A DNA stretch of 42,385 nucleotides. It comes from Reclinomonas americana ATCC 50394. Its lineage: Eukaryota. Both the position numbers and the translations under genes were made by a program. Position 1 is the first letter of the stretch, and each line of letters begins with the position of its first letter. Under the pieces are notes generated by a model, which made no database searches, had not been told where the DNA came from, and worked only from the letters and a program-made list of their open reading frames with translations. The DNA is taken from contig PS015504.1 in NCBI GenBank assembly GCA_048213135.1, positions 60,505-102,889 of the forward strand. The letters run 5' to 3'. Below, in pieces: positions 23,979 to 35,901 of the stretch.

Positions 23979-26937
23979 ATGTCCAGCAAGCTCTCTCTGC
24001 TGCTTCTGTTGCTCCTCGTGGTGTCTCTGGCCTCGGCATCACACGCCTCACTGACTGCGAATGCCGCTCGCGACAATGGCGCCCCCTGGTCGCGTCTCTT
24101 TGGCATGTCGCCACTGATGCAGCTGGAGAGCTTCGATCCGCTCACTGGCCAGCCCATTGAGGTGAGCAGGCAGCAAAAAATGGACTCTCTTTATGAGGTG
24201 TTGGATTGATTCTTCCGCGTGACACAGGTCGGTCCGTCGCTGGCATACGAGGCGCAGGGACAGGTGCGTCTGTGTCTGCCTGCCTCTGTCACTCTAACCC
24301 TCCCAGTGCCTCACTCACTCTGTCTTGTCTGTCTGCATGTGCTCAGGGCTTGTCGACGATTGATCCGGATCGGAGCCTGGTGGGCACGCGTTTGCTTGCT
24401 TGTCGTTTGCTCTCTACTGTCTGTGTGTGTTGCTCACCCACCCGCTGCGCTGCGCAGTTCTACATTATCGGCACCAACATGACGTCGCCGTACACGATTT
24501 CACTCGTTACGCGCGCTCCACTCCGCCCTTGTGCATGGCTCGACGACTGACGCCCAGCTGCACACAGATTAGCGTGTCGTGCGCATCGGGTGGCGTCGTG
24601 GCGGAGATTCCGCTGCCGTTCCTGCTCGAGGCGTTTGTGGGCATTGTTGAGTGAGCATTGATTGTTGTTGCTGTGGCGATGGCAGATCCACTTGTTTCTC
24701 TGTTTCGAATCTCCTGCCAACACTTGTACTCCATGCGCCACAGGGCCAGTTCGTCAACTACGATCGCCCGACAAAGAGCATCATTGCCGTCGGTCGCAGT
24801 GCCGCCGTGCGTGATTCGGTATGGAGAAGCAAAGTGTGCACGAGTGTCAACATGTGATGTTGTTGACACGTTGTACATGCTCAGCATGAGATCCTCCGCG
24901 TCAATCCGGAGACCGGGTGAGTGTTGTTGGTCATCATTCTCCCACTTTCTCTCTGCGATCGTGAATGCTGAACGTGCCCTGTAGTGCCATTCGCCGCATC
25001 GCCGTTGTCGGCGATTTCCAGCCCATTGAGGTGCTCGGTGGATTCGGTGTGCTCGATCAGGCCAACGAAGTCGAGTTGCGTGCACAGTCAACCGCTCCGA
25101 CTCTCTTCTCTCTCTCTCTCTCTGTCTCATTCCCGTTCCCTCTCTCTCCTTTTCCCCCCTCTCCCTTCCGCTCCTCTTTCTCTCCCTCTACCTCTATCTC
25201 TTCCTTTTCCCTTCCCCTCTTCTTCTTCTTCTCTCTCCTCTCCCACTCCGTTTCCCTCTCTCCCTTTCCCCTCTCTCCCTTTCCCCCCTCTCCCTTTCCC
25301 CCCTCTCCCTTTCCCCTCTCCCTTTCCTCCTCTCCGTTTCCTCTCTCTCTCTTGTCCTCTTCCACTCCTTTCCTTCTCTCTCTCTCCCTGTCCCCCCTCT
25401 CCCTTTTCCCCCCTCTCCCTTTNNNNNNNNNNNNNNNNNNNNNNNNNNNNNNNNNNNNNNNNNNNNNNNNNNNNNNNNNNNNNNNNNNNNNNNNNNNNNN
25501 NNNNNNNNNNNNNNNNNNNNNNNNNNNNNNNNNNNNNNNNNNNNNNNNNNNNNNNNNNNNNNNNNNNNNNNNNNNNNNNNNNNNNNNNNNNNNNNNNNNN
25601 NNNNNNNNNNNNNNNNNNNNNNNNNNNNNNNNNNNNNNNNNNNNNNNNNNNNNNNNNNNNNNNNNNNNNNNNNNNNNNNNNNNNNNNNNNNNNNNNNNNN
25701 NNNNNNNNNNNNNNNNNNNNNNNNNNNNNNNNNNNNNNNNNNNNNNNNNNNNNNNNNNNNNNNNNNNNNNNNNNNNNNNNNNNNNNNNNNNNNNNNNNNN
25801 NNNNNNNNNNNNNNNNNNNNNNNNNNNNNNNNNNNNNNNNNNNNNNNNNNNNNNNNNNNNNNNNNNNNNNNNNNNNNNNNNNNNNNNNNNNNNNNNNNNN
25901 NNNNNNNNNNNNNNNNNNNNNNNNNNNNNNNNNNNNNNNNNNNNNNNNNNNNNNNNNNNNNNNNNNNNNNNNNNNNNNNNNNNNNNNNNNNNNNNNNNNN
26001 NNNNNNNNNNNNNNNNNNNNNNNNNNNNNNNNNNNNNNNNNNNNNNNNNNNNNNNNNNNNNNNNNNNNNNNNNNNNNNNNNNNNNNNNNNNNNNNNNNNN
26101 NNNNNNNNNNNNNNNNNNNNNNNNNNNNNNNNNNNNNNNNNNNCCCCCCCTCTCCCCTCTCCCTTCCCCTTACATCACCCTCTTGCGCACAGGTGGCTGA
26201 TGCTGGCGCAAAACGCCACCGGCCCGATCTACATCAAGTTCTACGGCTACTCGACGCGCAGTGGCGACCTGTTGAACATTATCGACAACCCCGTCGGCAT
26301 GGTTGCCGCCGCCGTGCGTCCACTGCCCGCTCCACTCGTTGTGCTGGTCGTGCAACGTCTCTCACTGTGTTTGTGCACACAGTTCGACTCCAAGACCAAG
26401 CTGGTGTACGGCATTGGCACTCGTGTCGACACGACGACCAACAAGTATGTGCGCACTCTGGTGACCCTCAACAGCCAGACGGCCCAGTTCAACCTTGTCG
26501 GTGACATCAAGGTTCGCCCACCTCGCTCACTCCGTGCACCCCCCTTCACCTCCTCACTCTTTTCTCCCTTTTACGCGCAGGGCTATCTGGGCATGCTCGC
26601 CGCCATTTCGGCACTGGACGAGAACGGCCGTGTCTTGTACGCGCTCATGCAGCCGGCCACCTCGAACAGTGGACCCACTCACGATTCGGCCACCGGCATG
26701 CCGTGGGACGTCCTCAACCCGGGCCTCCTGCGCGACCGCCCCACTGACCCATCGCTGGTGTTCGACCTCGGTGAGGCAGCCTTCTCCTCTCCTCCCTTTC
26801 CACCCTCCGCCCTCCCCCTCACTCACTTTTGCGATGTAGTGGCGATTGATTTGGGCAGCGGTGCCGTCCTGCATGTGGCGCCGAACGCGTGCGACATCCA
26901 GCACTGCCCGTGGAACCTGCACTTCCTCAACGTGTAA
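23979..26937 (+). CDS. Secreted protein of unknown function (signal peptide; beta-rich, possibly propeller), 12 exons, gap within an intron
   Basis: MSSKLSLLLLLLLVVSLASASHA signal peptide; short exons join in frame (GLSTIDPDRSL|FYIIGTNMT...; FDSKTKLVYGIG; SALDENGRVLYALM); ends CPWNLHFLNV* TAA 26935-26937. Confidence 0.8.
25100..25422. repeat. CT-rich low-complexity tract within intron 25075-26192, running into an assembly gap
   Basis: Repeated ccctctccctttcc-type units directly flanking the N gap. Confidence 0.85.
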
Positions 26938-27058
26938 ACCCACTCGCACTCGTGGAGACCTGTGCTGCTCTCTCTTTTTTTCCCTCCCATCACCAGCATG
27001 ACGTGTGTTGTTGCTTCATCCCAATCTCCATGTCATTAAAGTGGTGCGCCTTTTTTCT

Positions 27059-30000
27059 TTACTTTCGTAGTCGTGCAAGCTCCTCCTGCAGACGCGCGTT
27101 CTCCTCCCTCAGTGCATCGCACTCGGCATGCAACCTGCACGTGCGCGCGTTAGCGCCAGCCGCGGGAATGTTCTCTCTCGTCAGACGCAACTTTTCTGAC
27201 GGTGCATCCGCCAGGTGCGTCATGAGTTCGTTGCGAGCCTCCTCGGCGAGTTGCAGCTGCGCTTGAAGCTGCTCAATCTGCGTGGTTTTCGAGTGCAACT
27301 CCAACGTCAACTCGTTGCAGAGTACGCGCAGCTGATTGCCCTTGTCAGATTGGTTTGCGCGTGACAGCGACTGCGCCAGTGCTTGCTGACGCGTGGCCTC
27401 CTTCTTCAACTCCTCGCGCTCCTTCTTGCCACTATCCAGCAAGCTCTCCAGGAACGCAATGTGTTTCTTGTACCCGTCCATATCCCGTGCGTGCTCGCTC
27501 GCCGCCTTGGTGCGCACCTCCCGCTCGCGCAACACCATGGCACGCAGCTCCTCTGCTTCCGCCGTCATGGCACTGGCCCGATTCAGGGCGGCTTCGAAAC
27601 GCCGGTTCGCCGCAAGAGCCACAATCTCAGCGTCGGGATCCGGCTCTCCATCCTCTGCCACGCGCGTTAGAAATGCACTCGACGCTGTGCACCAACACCG
27701 TCCACTCACCCTCCTCGACCGTCTCCAGGCACTCGAGCAAGTCGGCCTCCTGCGACGAAGTACGGTGAGATCGCAGTTCACTGAAAATCAACTCGCACAA
27801 TAGCACAAACCGACAACTCTGCGTCTGAGAACACACGCGCACACAGAAGAGTGCATGTGTCAGCAACGTGTACAGATCGACGAAACATCGCACTACACAC
27901 TCACCGAGATCCCCAAACACGGTGGAGTCCACAGAGGCGGCAGAACCGAGATCGGATGCCTGTGGAAAGAGGCGCACTGGTCTCAGCGGCACCGCCTCGC
28001 CGCCATCCTGACTCGTCCTCTGCGCCGCCAGCACGTCTGGCATGGAAAGAGTGGCAGCTGCGCGACACAGCATAAGCGAGAGCGCAAAGGGAAAACTGAA
28101 TCGTTGATCGCTCACCATCGCCTCCCGCTGACGCAGCGTTCAAACGGACACGCCGCTCAAAGGTCAGATGGCTCAAGCTGGAGGCCGCCGAAGACATTTC
28201 ACTCGCACCGCCGCTGCCGCCACCCGTGGCGCGCGATGGACGACGGAAGCTCATCTGCACAGTCTCAAAACAAGCGATGTGACTCAACCGTCCACTACAT
28301 CCACGCGTACTCAGGCACTCACCCTCGCCTCCTGCATCTTGCGCAGCTTGACGCGCATTTTCTCCACGTACAGCTCCTTGTCGACACGAAGCCGCTTCAG
28401 ATCGCTGTGCAGATCGTGCGCCTTGACGGCGGCCTGTCGGCGCGCCTCGCGTGCAGCCAGCACCATGTGCTCCACCTTGCGCAAGTGCCGCGCAAGCATG
28501 CGCACTTCCTTGGCGGCTCGGTCACCATACTCTCCACCGTCCACATCCTCACCACCACCGCCACCACCACCGTTACTTCTGTCTGCGTCTCCGACAGAGG
28601 CTCCAGGTGGTCGCTCTCGCGCGCCGTCGCCATTCACACGACCACCCATGACTCCGCCACCGACATCGCTGTCGTCCGTCAGGGACGACATGAGAGCACC
28701 AGAGGAGGAGGCATTGGAGGGCGAGTAGAGTGCCGACGCGCCACCTGCGGACAAGGCACCTCCGGCTCCGCTGCTGAGAGCCGATATTCCTGCACGTCAT
28801 TTCGACTCAGCAACCTTGGGTGTGCCAAGAACGACTAATACACAACGGGGATGCACGCAACTGCTGCTGGCGCTCGCAGCCGGCTGCAAGACCGAAGTCA
28901 CGCTCAACAACGGAGGCGCCGACGACGAGAGTGAGGAGGCTGGTACGGGGCGCGACGCGGCCACAATGGGACCCGGAGAAATGGGAGTGTCTGGCAAGTC
29001 ACCGTCCTGTCGCTGCGCCGTCACGAGCGCCTGCGTCCACATGCTGCGTTCCTCGTCGCTGGCGAAGAACAAGTAGAGGTACTCCTTGCCGACTTTGGCC
29101 GGATTCGGCTGATGGATGCGCATGCCCACCATGCGGCGCAGCTTCTTCGGCAGGTCGTCGGGGTTCCAGTCGTCGGGCCGGTCGAAGGTAGCACCTGTAA
29201 GATCCAACGAGCCTTTCGGCGTCGCATACGGCCGCGATGTCTCCTGCTCGTTCGTGAACACACCGCAAAAAGACGACGCACACACACACACACTGACCTT
29301 TTGCGACCGGTACCAGTACAACGTGGTGCGGCGGACCAGTGCATACCGCGTGCGAGTCTTCTTGCGCACAGGGTCCACAAACTCCACCGGCCCCTCGATA
29401 GTGCTGCGCCACGCTGGTGGCATGGTGTACATATCGTCGCTAATGTCGGTGCCGAGTGTGGTGGTGCGCTTGACACGGCGGCGCACGTTGGGCGACGGCT
29501 CCATGTAATTCGGAAACGCGTTCGGCGACGAGTCCTGACCGCGACTCGCCAACAGCGCCAGTGCATTCACCTTTTGCTCCACGCATGTTTGCAGAGCCTC
29601 AGACTGGTGGCAGAGTGAGTCACGATGCGGGCCAGCCATGTGCACGGCGCCGACCAACTGCAAACCTTGTCGGCGTACTCGCGATTTGCGGCATCCACAT
29701 CGCCCTTGAGTGACTGAACGACCTGCCACGACTGCGACAACAGCATCTGCATCTGGAAGAGCAAGGCGTCGAGGTCGTCCAACTCCACAATGCCCTCACG
29801 CATGTCGGGGTTGCGCTGCACGTCGCCCATGAGTAATTATTCAACAAAAAAGGGATCTGTCTCGACACTCACCAGCTCCTCGACGAGACGCATGGTGTCG
29901 GACCACTCTTGCTTCTGACTGGCCTGGATCGTCAGCAGGGAGGCACAGTACTGAGCCGGGATGTGGAGCTTCAGCGAGTCGAGCTGTACACGAATGTCGT

Positions 30001-33000
30001 GCAGCAACGAGGTATCCAACACCGAGCCACGCAATTGTAGCTGTCGAAAGCAAGTCGCACGTAAAGCATCAGCTGGCAGGAGGGCATGAAAAGACACCGC
30101 ATGTACCCGCAAACAAATCGGCTCACACAGCGAGTCGAATGCAATGTGCTCCTCGTGGTACGACACGCCATTGAAACGAATGTTTTGCACCTCCACCAGC
30201 GTCTTCATCTCTGTGCACTTCGTGTGAGCAGGCGAGAGCGCATGAGTGTACATGGCAGCCACACCAACGGAACCCTTGTCAGGCAGTGATGCGGCGGCAG
30301 CAGCTGTTGATGCGCTACCATGGCGACCTGGTAGGTGCATCCACGCGCATGAGTTCGCCCATACACCAGTCAGCATGAGGAGGACACACTCACCTGATCG
30401 TTTCACCGACTGAATGCCGCGCAGCGCATCGACCGTGTCAATGCTGATGCTCATGACGTCGTTCTTGTCGCTCTCATCGAGCACAAAGATCTCGGTGCCG
30501 CGCACGAGAATGTGGAACTCCAGAGCAGCTGCACACGCGTTGCTGTGTTTTAGTACGTGGCAACAAGAGCGCGATCGCCACACGTGAGAGACGAAACGAC
30601 TGGGCTTGCTCGTGGCTGTCTCCTCGTCCACCTCCGACGTCCCGACACCGTCAACATCAAACTCGGTGAAACGAGGTCTGCAGTAGTTTCTCTCTCGCCG
30701 TCAGTGACTGCTCCAACAAGAAAGGAACATGTGGACAAGCAGTCGGCGCTCACCGTGATGGTGGATCGTCCTCCGATGACATCTCATCATCAAAGTCCAA
30801 TGCATTCAAGCGCTCGGCAACGGCGGCCGCCATTGGCGTCGCCGGCGCGTGCAGCTGATGCAGTGGTGATAGTGGATCGCGAGCAGTTGGGTCTTGAAGG
30901 CGCTCCAGGAACTTGCCGGGATCGTCGACGATCTTTTGCACGCGCAACATCAACCTGCAATCAACGTCGTGGGGTTGAATAAAACAGCCGGTAGTGATTA
31001 ACACGGTCAAAAAAGACGCACTGTGTGACAGCTTCCATGGGCGCCACATAAAAGTGGTTGTCGCGACTGAGCAAGAAGCGCCCGAGCTGCACCGCCATCT
31101 CCCGCAGTCAGTCGAAACAGAAACAAACAACGCGAGTCCCCGGTCGTAAAGCACACTCACGCAACATGACCAATGTTGCTCGAATTGACACCCACGTGGA
31201 TCGAGTGTGCACGCATAAACAGCCGAACCGGCAGCACCTCCGGCGGTGCCTCGACCACAGACGACGATTCTCCAACTGCGTGGCACACCTGCTCTGAGAA
31301 AAACTGTGCAGATGAGAGGAGATATTTTTTCTGCAGACCCACCTCGCGCCACATCCGACGTAGGCGGCGGCGGTGGCGGCGGCGGCAGGGGAATCTCCAC
31401 ACGCACAGCAATCATGGGCTCCACTTCAAGTGGCAATGTGTCGCGACTGATGATCATGGTGGTGGAGTCGCTTGCCGCTGGAAGCACACAGCACAAAGGT
31501 GAGCTCGTGAACGGACGGCAGTGGCACAAGATAGGCGGCGCACACACCAGAGGATTCGGTGAACCAGCTGTTTTGCCGATGCGAGGCACGGTCGTCGGTC
31601 ATGCGCGAAAAGTAGCGCTCCAGGAAGCGGTGCTTGTTGGTGAGCAGCGCCGAGGCCGGCGACGGTGACTCGGGCGGGCAAAACACCTGTTCAATGGGGA
31701 AAGCAGGCAGAGAGGTGAGTCGTACGGTCACTGCGCCCGGCAAATCGGAGCGACACGCTCACCTCGACCGCCTGCAGCGTGGCCTTCAACACCATCAGCT
31801 GCTGCGCTGGCTGCACCTGCACGAGGACGTGTGTGTCGGACAGCTCGACGGATGAGAGCACTGCGGTGGTGCTGTGCAGTGCTGTGAAGGTATTCCGTCA
31901 GCAGTCAGACCACATTGTCGTCGAGCACAGCAACGCACAAGTGGAGAGTGTGGGTTCGCGTATGTCCACGCTCTGCTCCAGGGCCACTTTGATGCGGTGC
32001 AACGTGAACAGCGCCAGCACACTGCAACATTCGCACGCTGCGAGATGAGTGTGGTGGCCAGCACAACAACTCTGCTCAAGCACGCAACGGAGGGGCGATC
32101 GGTGGGGCGGCCGGCGGCGCGGTGGAACGTGGAGTGACTACCGGCGATCCTACCTCCGACTGCTGCTGTTGTTGTGCCTTCTGCTCCTTCTGCATCTTCA
32201 GGTACTGCTGCAGGAGCACTCGCACCACGTCGGGCGGCGAATCAAAGAAGGCATGCGCAAACTCGAACACTTGCAACAGCTGGTCTTGGCTGATGGAGAG
32301 CGCAATCTCCTCGACCCGTCCATACGCCACAATGGCAGGCGCCGTGGCGTGCATTGGCTGACATCATAGGACAATCCATATCAGCAGCATGTGACAAGGA
32401 GACGAGCCGACACAGAAAAGAAAACGTCCACACACCTCGAGGTTCATCAGCAGCTCCACATGCATATTGAGCGGAGCCAAGATGCGCTCCGGCAGCGAAA
32501 AGTAGGAGCTCTTGACGTCGATCTCGAAGCCATGAATGTCGAACTTGAACATGCGAATGTAGGGGATGCGGTGGGCGTCGAGCCCCGTAAAGTCGCCGAA
32601 TGTTGACGGGAACCGCGGCGCATCTTCCTCTGCTCGTGCGGAGCTCGCAGAAGACGGCGAATTGGGAGAGAGTGGTGGCGACTGTGGTGGCGTCCGTGCA
32701 GACGCCAGATCCACCACTGATGAGCGCTCAAACACACTCCGCGCCCCCAGCACCTCAAACGTGTCGGGTGCATCCCAGTTGTTCGTAATCACGACTGCAC
32801 GGCTTGTGTGAGTGACCAGCAACACCACCAGAGAGGAACGAGTGCATGATGCACGCAACTCTTGTCAAAGTGCATGCGCAGGATAACGCCGCTCGGGAAC
32901 GGAGCCGGAATGGAAATGGTGGGCGACACGACTTCCACACGCATGCGGAACGGATCCGACGGCAGCACGGGACCTTGAAAGTTGACGAGTTCCATTGGCG

Positions 33001-35593
33001 GCTTGAAATGGTTGGGAATGCACTCTGCCACACCATGCAAAGACAGAACAAGATAACGCACGTCGTAAGAAGGCTGGTGTGCACAAAGCAACAGTGGCAC
33101 CAGCGTCGGATCGCACCTTGGAAGAAGACCATGAGCCCGGAGATGACATCAGGGTGGATGTAAATGGCCGACGGCTGCAGCTTCATCTCGAGTTCGAGCA
33201 CTGGCGTCGGCGGCGGTGGCACGGGCAAGCGACTGATGATCTTCATGCGCAGGAACATGCTCTTGTGGTCGCGCGACATGAGCGCCACCGCCTCGGACGG
33301 ATAGGTCTCCGTGTCGGAGAATTGCGGCCACAGTCCTGTCGTGAGAGAGAGAGAGAGGTGAGTGGGGGAGTCGGTTGTGCAATGGCAGCACGTGGAGTGT
33401 GGCGCACCAGCTCGATACTCCTGATTCAACCAATCGGAGCCCTCCGCTGGCGCAAAGATGTGCGAAAAGTCCTGGTGATAGCGCGCGCTGGGGAAGTTCT
33501 CCTTGACACTGATGAATGGCAACGAAACCTGCATAACGCAACGAGGTTTCATCAACACAACTCGTAGACATACAGAGATGAAAAGGCGAGAGCACGAGAC
33601 CTGCACTTGCGTGTGCGACATTGGTGCATCCTCCTTGAAGACGAGACTGACGCGAATGTCGCTCGACACCAACGAGTAGGAGCGACTGTCGGCATCACGG
33701 CTGCCGTCGCTCAACGGCGACGATGCTGCAGGTGTGTGTGAACGGGACTGCATGAAAACAGGCAAGAAGGATGCAGGCAGTGCGACGCGACTCACCAATG
33801 TCGGAGACAGAGGCTCCGAATTTCGGCATCAGCTTGATGATCAACTGCGGCACAATCATGTTGATGACGACTAGCGGATGTGGCGGGACCGCCTGTGGCG
33901 ATGCAGACGAGCCACTGGCTCCACTGCTTGAGCCACCAACAGCGATGCCGGGGTCGGTGGGGCCATCCATGCCCACTGGCTCATCGTCCTGCGCGCACAC
34001 ACAACAAGACGAACTGCGTGTGAGTATGCACACGCCACTGCCTACTCTCTGCTGTTGTTGTTGCTGCTCGTACACGCACATCAGTGTCCTCGCCCAGCTC
34101 CTTGGCCAGCTCCTCCAGCTGCTCCGACGCGTCGTCCTCTTCGCTGCCATCCGAGGTCGCCGGCGGCACACCGCTCACGGCCGGCGCTGTAAGCCTCAGT
34201 GACGATTCGGCTCGCGCAGCTGCGGTCTGCGAACTGGCCGGAGCGGGTACATCGTCGCGGAAGATGCAATAGACCAGCCCAGATACCTGCCGTGCCAGAG
34301 TCAGCGCGCACGTGTTGGCTCTCTTGCGTGCAACCGCCAGCACTTACCGAGTGCAGCAGGGAGCGCAAGTCGAGAGATGTCACTTGAATGATGAGGTCAT
34401 CCAACGTGATGTTGACGTACACGGCTGTCGGCGTGCCACCAAGTGCTTTCTTGGTGATTGACATCTGGCGCATAGTCGAGGGTGAGCACACAGCACACGC
34501 TCAAGTGAGGTTACCGCGACACCACCACAACACCTTCATCATGCAGCTGAGGTTGCGCAGAATGTAGGACCGCTCGCCCACCGTCTGTGTGCCATACGAA
34601 CGCGCCATCGTGAACAGGCTGATGGAGCGCACGATTCCCTTCTTGTAAACGGTGATCTCTGGCACTCGCTTGTTGTACTTGGGCAGAGCCTGGTTCAGTG
34701 GAACCACATTCCATTCCGAGTTGGTCGTGAACATGGCAATCTCGTTCAGCTCGAGGCACAGCGCCGGTGGAGTCCTGCGACAGCAGCCGTGAACAACAAC
34801 AAAAGGCTGGAATGCACACGTCACAATTCACCAATCGCCTGTGGCCTCGGTGCGATACTGGCCGAGTGTGAACAGTCGAACGAGAATACTATTCACCTCG
34901 AAGCGCAGTCCGTCACCGATCCGATCACCGAACCCGTACTTGGCCAGTTTTGGCGGCTTCTTTGGTGGCTTCTTACTGCACACACGTGTACACAGGTGAT
35001 TGGATGCGCAACGTCAGTCACCATCCATGCGTAGGAAGCAGCTGCAGGGAGGCCGGCAACGAAACGTCGGGAACAGATGCGACACAAGATCCGGAGCCTC
35101 GACCAGCGTCTCCGGCTCCACCACATCCACGACGATCTGGTCGACGCAGATGGTGACGGGCTCGGAGCCGAGCTTGGTCACCGAACACTGCACGCATATC
35201 GCCGTGAGAAAGAGCGTGCGCGAGGAAGGAAAGCGCGCACGAACCTTGACGTGCGCTCGATTGATGAATGCACGAGCCAGCTTGATCTGTGGCAGTCCCG
35301 TCAGCGAGTTGATGGCGTCCACGTTCAGCTCTGCATCTCACGTGTGAGTGATGAGGTGAACACAGGAGAGCGAGTGAGAGAGAGAGAGAGGAGAGAGTGA
35401 TCGCACCAATGTTGGTCAACACGCCCTCGCCCTTCATCAACGACAGCGAGATCTGCTCTCGCGACCAGTTGACAATGAATGCCTTGAGGTACTTGGCAAA
35501 GATCTACCGCACCCACTTGCGTCAGCCGTGCGCATGCACACCACATACTTGCAATAACACAGCGACACCCACCTTGCTGATGATTGCCTCCAT
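27059..35593 (-). CDS. Bridge-like lipid transfer protein, BLTP3/UHRF1BP1-like (Chorein_N + RBG-type body) with C-terminal PH domain and coiled coil; about 28 exons
   Basis: MEAIISK|IFAKYLKAFIVNWSREQISLSLMKGEGVLTNIELNVDAINSLTGLPQIKLARAFINRAHVKCSVTKLGSEPVTICVDQIVVDV (Chorein_N) and YGFGDRIGDGLRFEVNSILVRL...TTNSEW...EITVYKK align with the BLTP3 N-terminus as I recall it. PH-like: IEGPVEFVDPVRKKTRTRYALVRRTTLYWYRSQK...KGSLDLTGA...YLFFASDEERSMWTQAL (~29010-29400). Terminal coiled coil ends at TAA 27059. An uninterrupted in-frame splice path could be traced. Confidence 0.8.
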
Positions 35594-35901
35594 GATTCAG
35601 ACTCTCTTTCTCTCACACGCACTTACAGACACACGCAGCGTGCAGAGACAGAGAGACAGCAACCACAGAGACACCACCCCTGTGCGGGAATCCACATGAT
35701 TGCAAGTGTGTGAGCAAATGGTTCCCGGCACATCGATGCCGAAATGCGATCACAATGCAGACTGACAACAAACCAGCGAGCAGCCAGTGAGCTCCTCTCC
35801 TCACCTCTCCTCTCCTCTCCTCTCCTCACGCACACGCACACACGCACACACCGCACAGACTTTTTTGCCGGTCTACTTGGACAATTGACCGACTGTAGCG
35901 G

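Noticed and set aside
23972-23985. ACAGAGAA resembling the U6 snRNA ACAGAGA box
   Set aside because: No flanking U6 sequence; it is a splice acceptor followed by the start codon.
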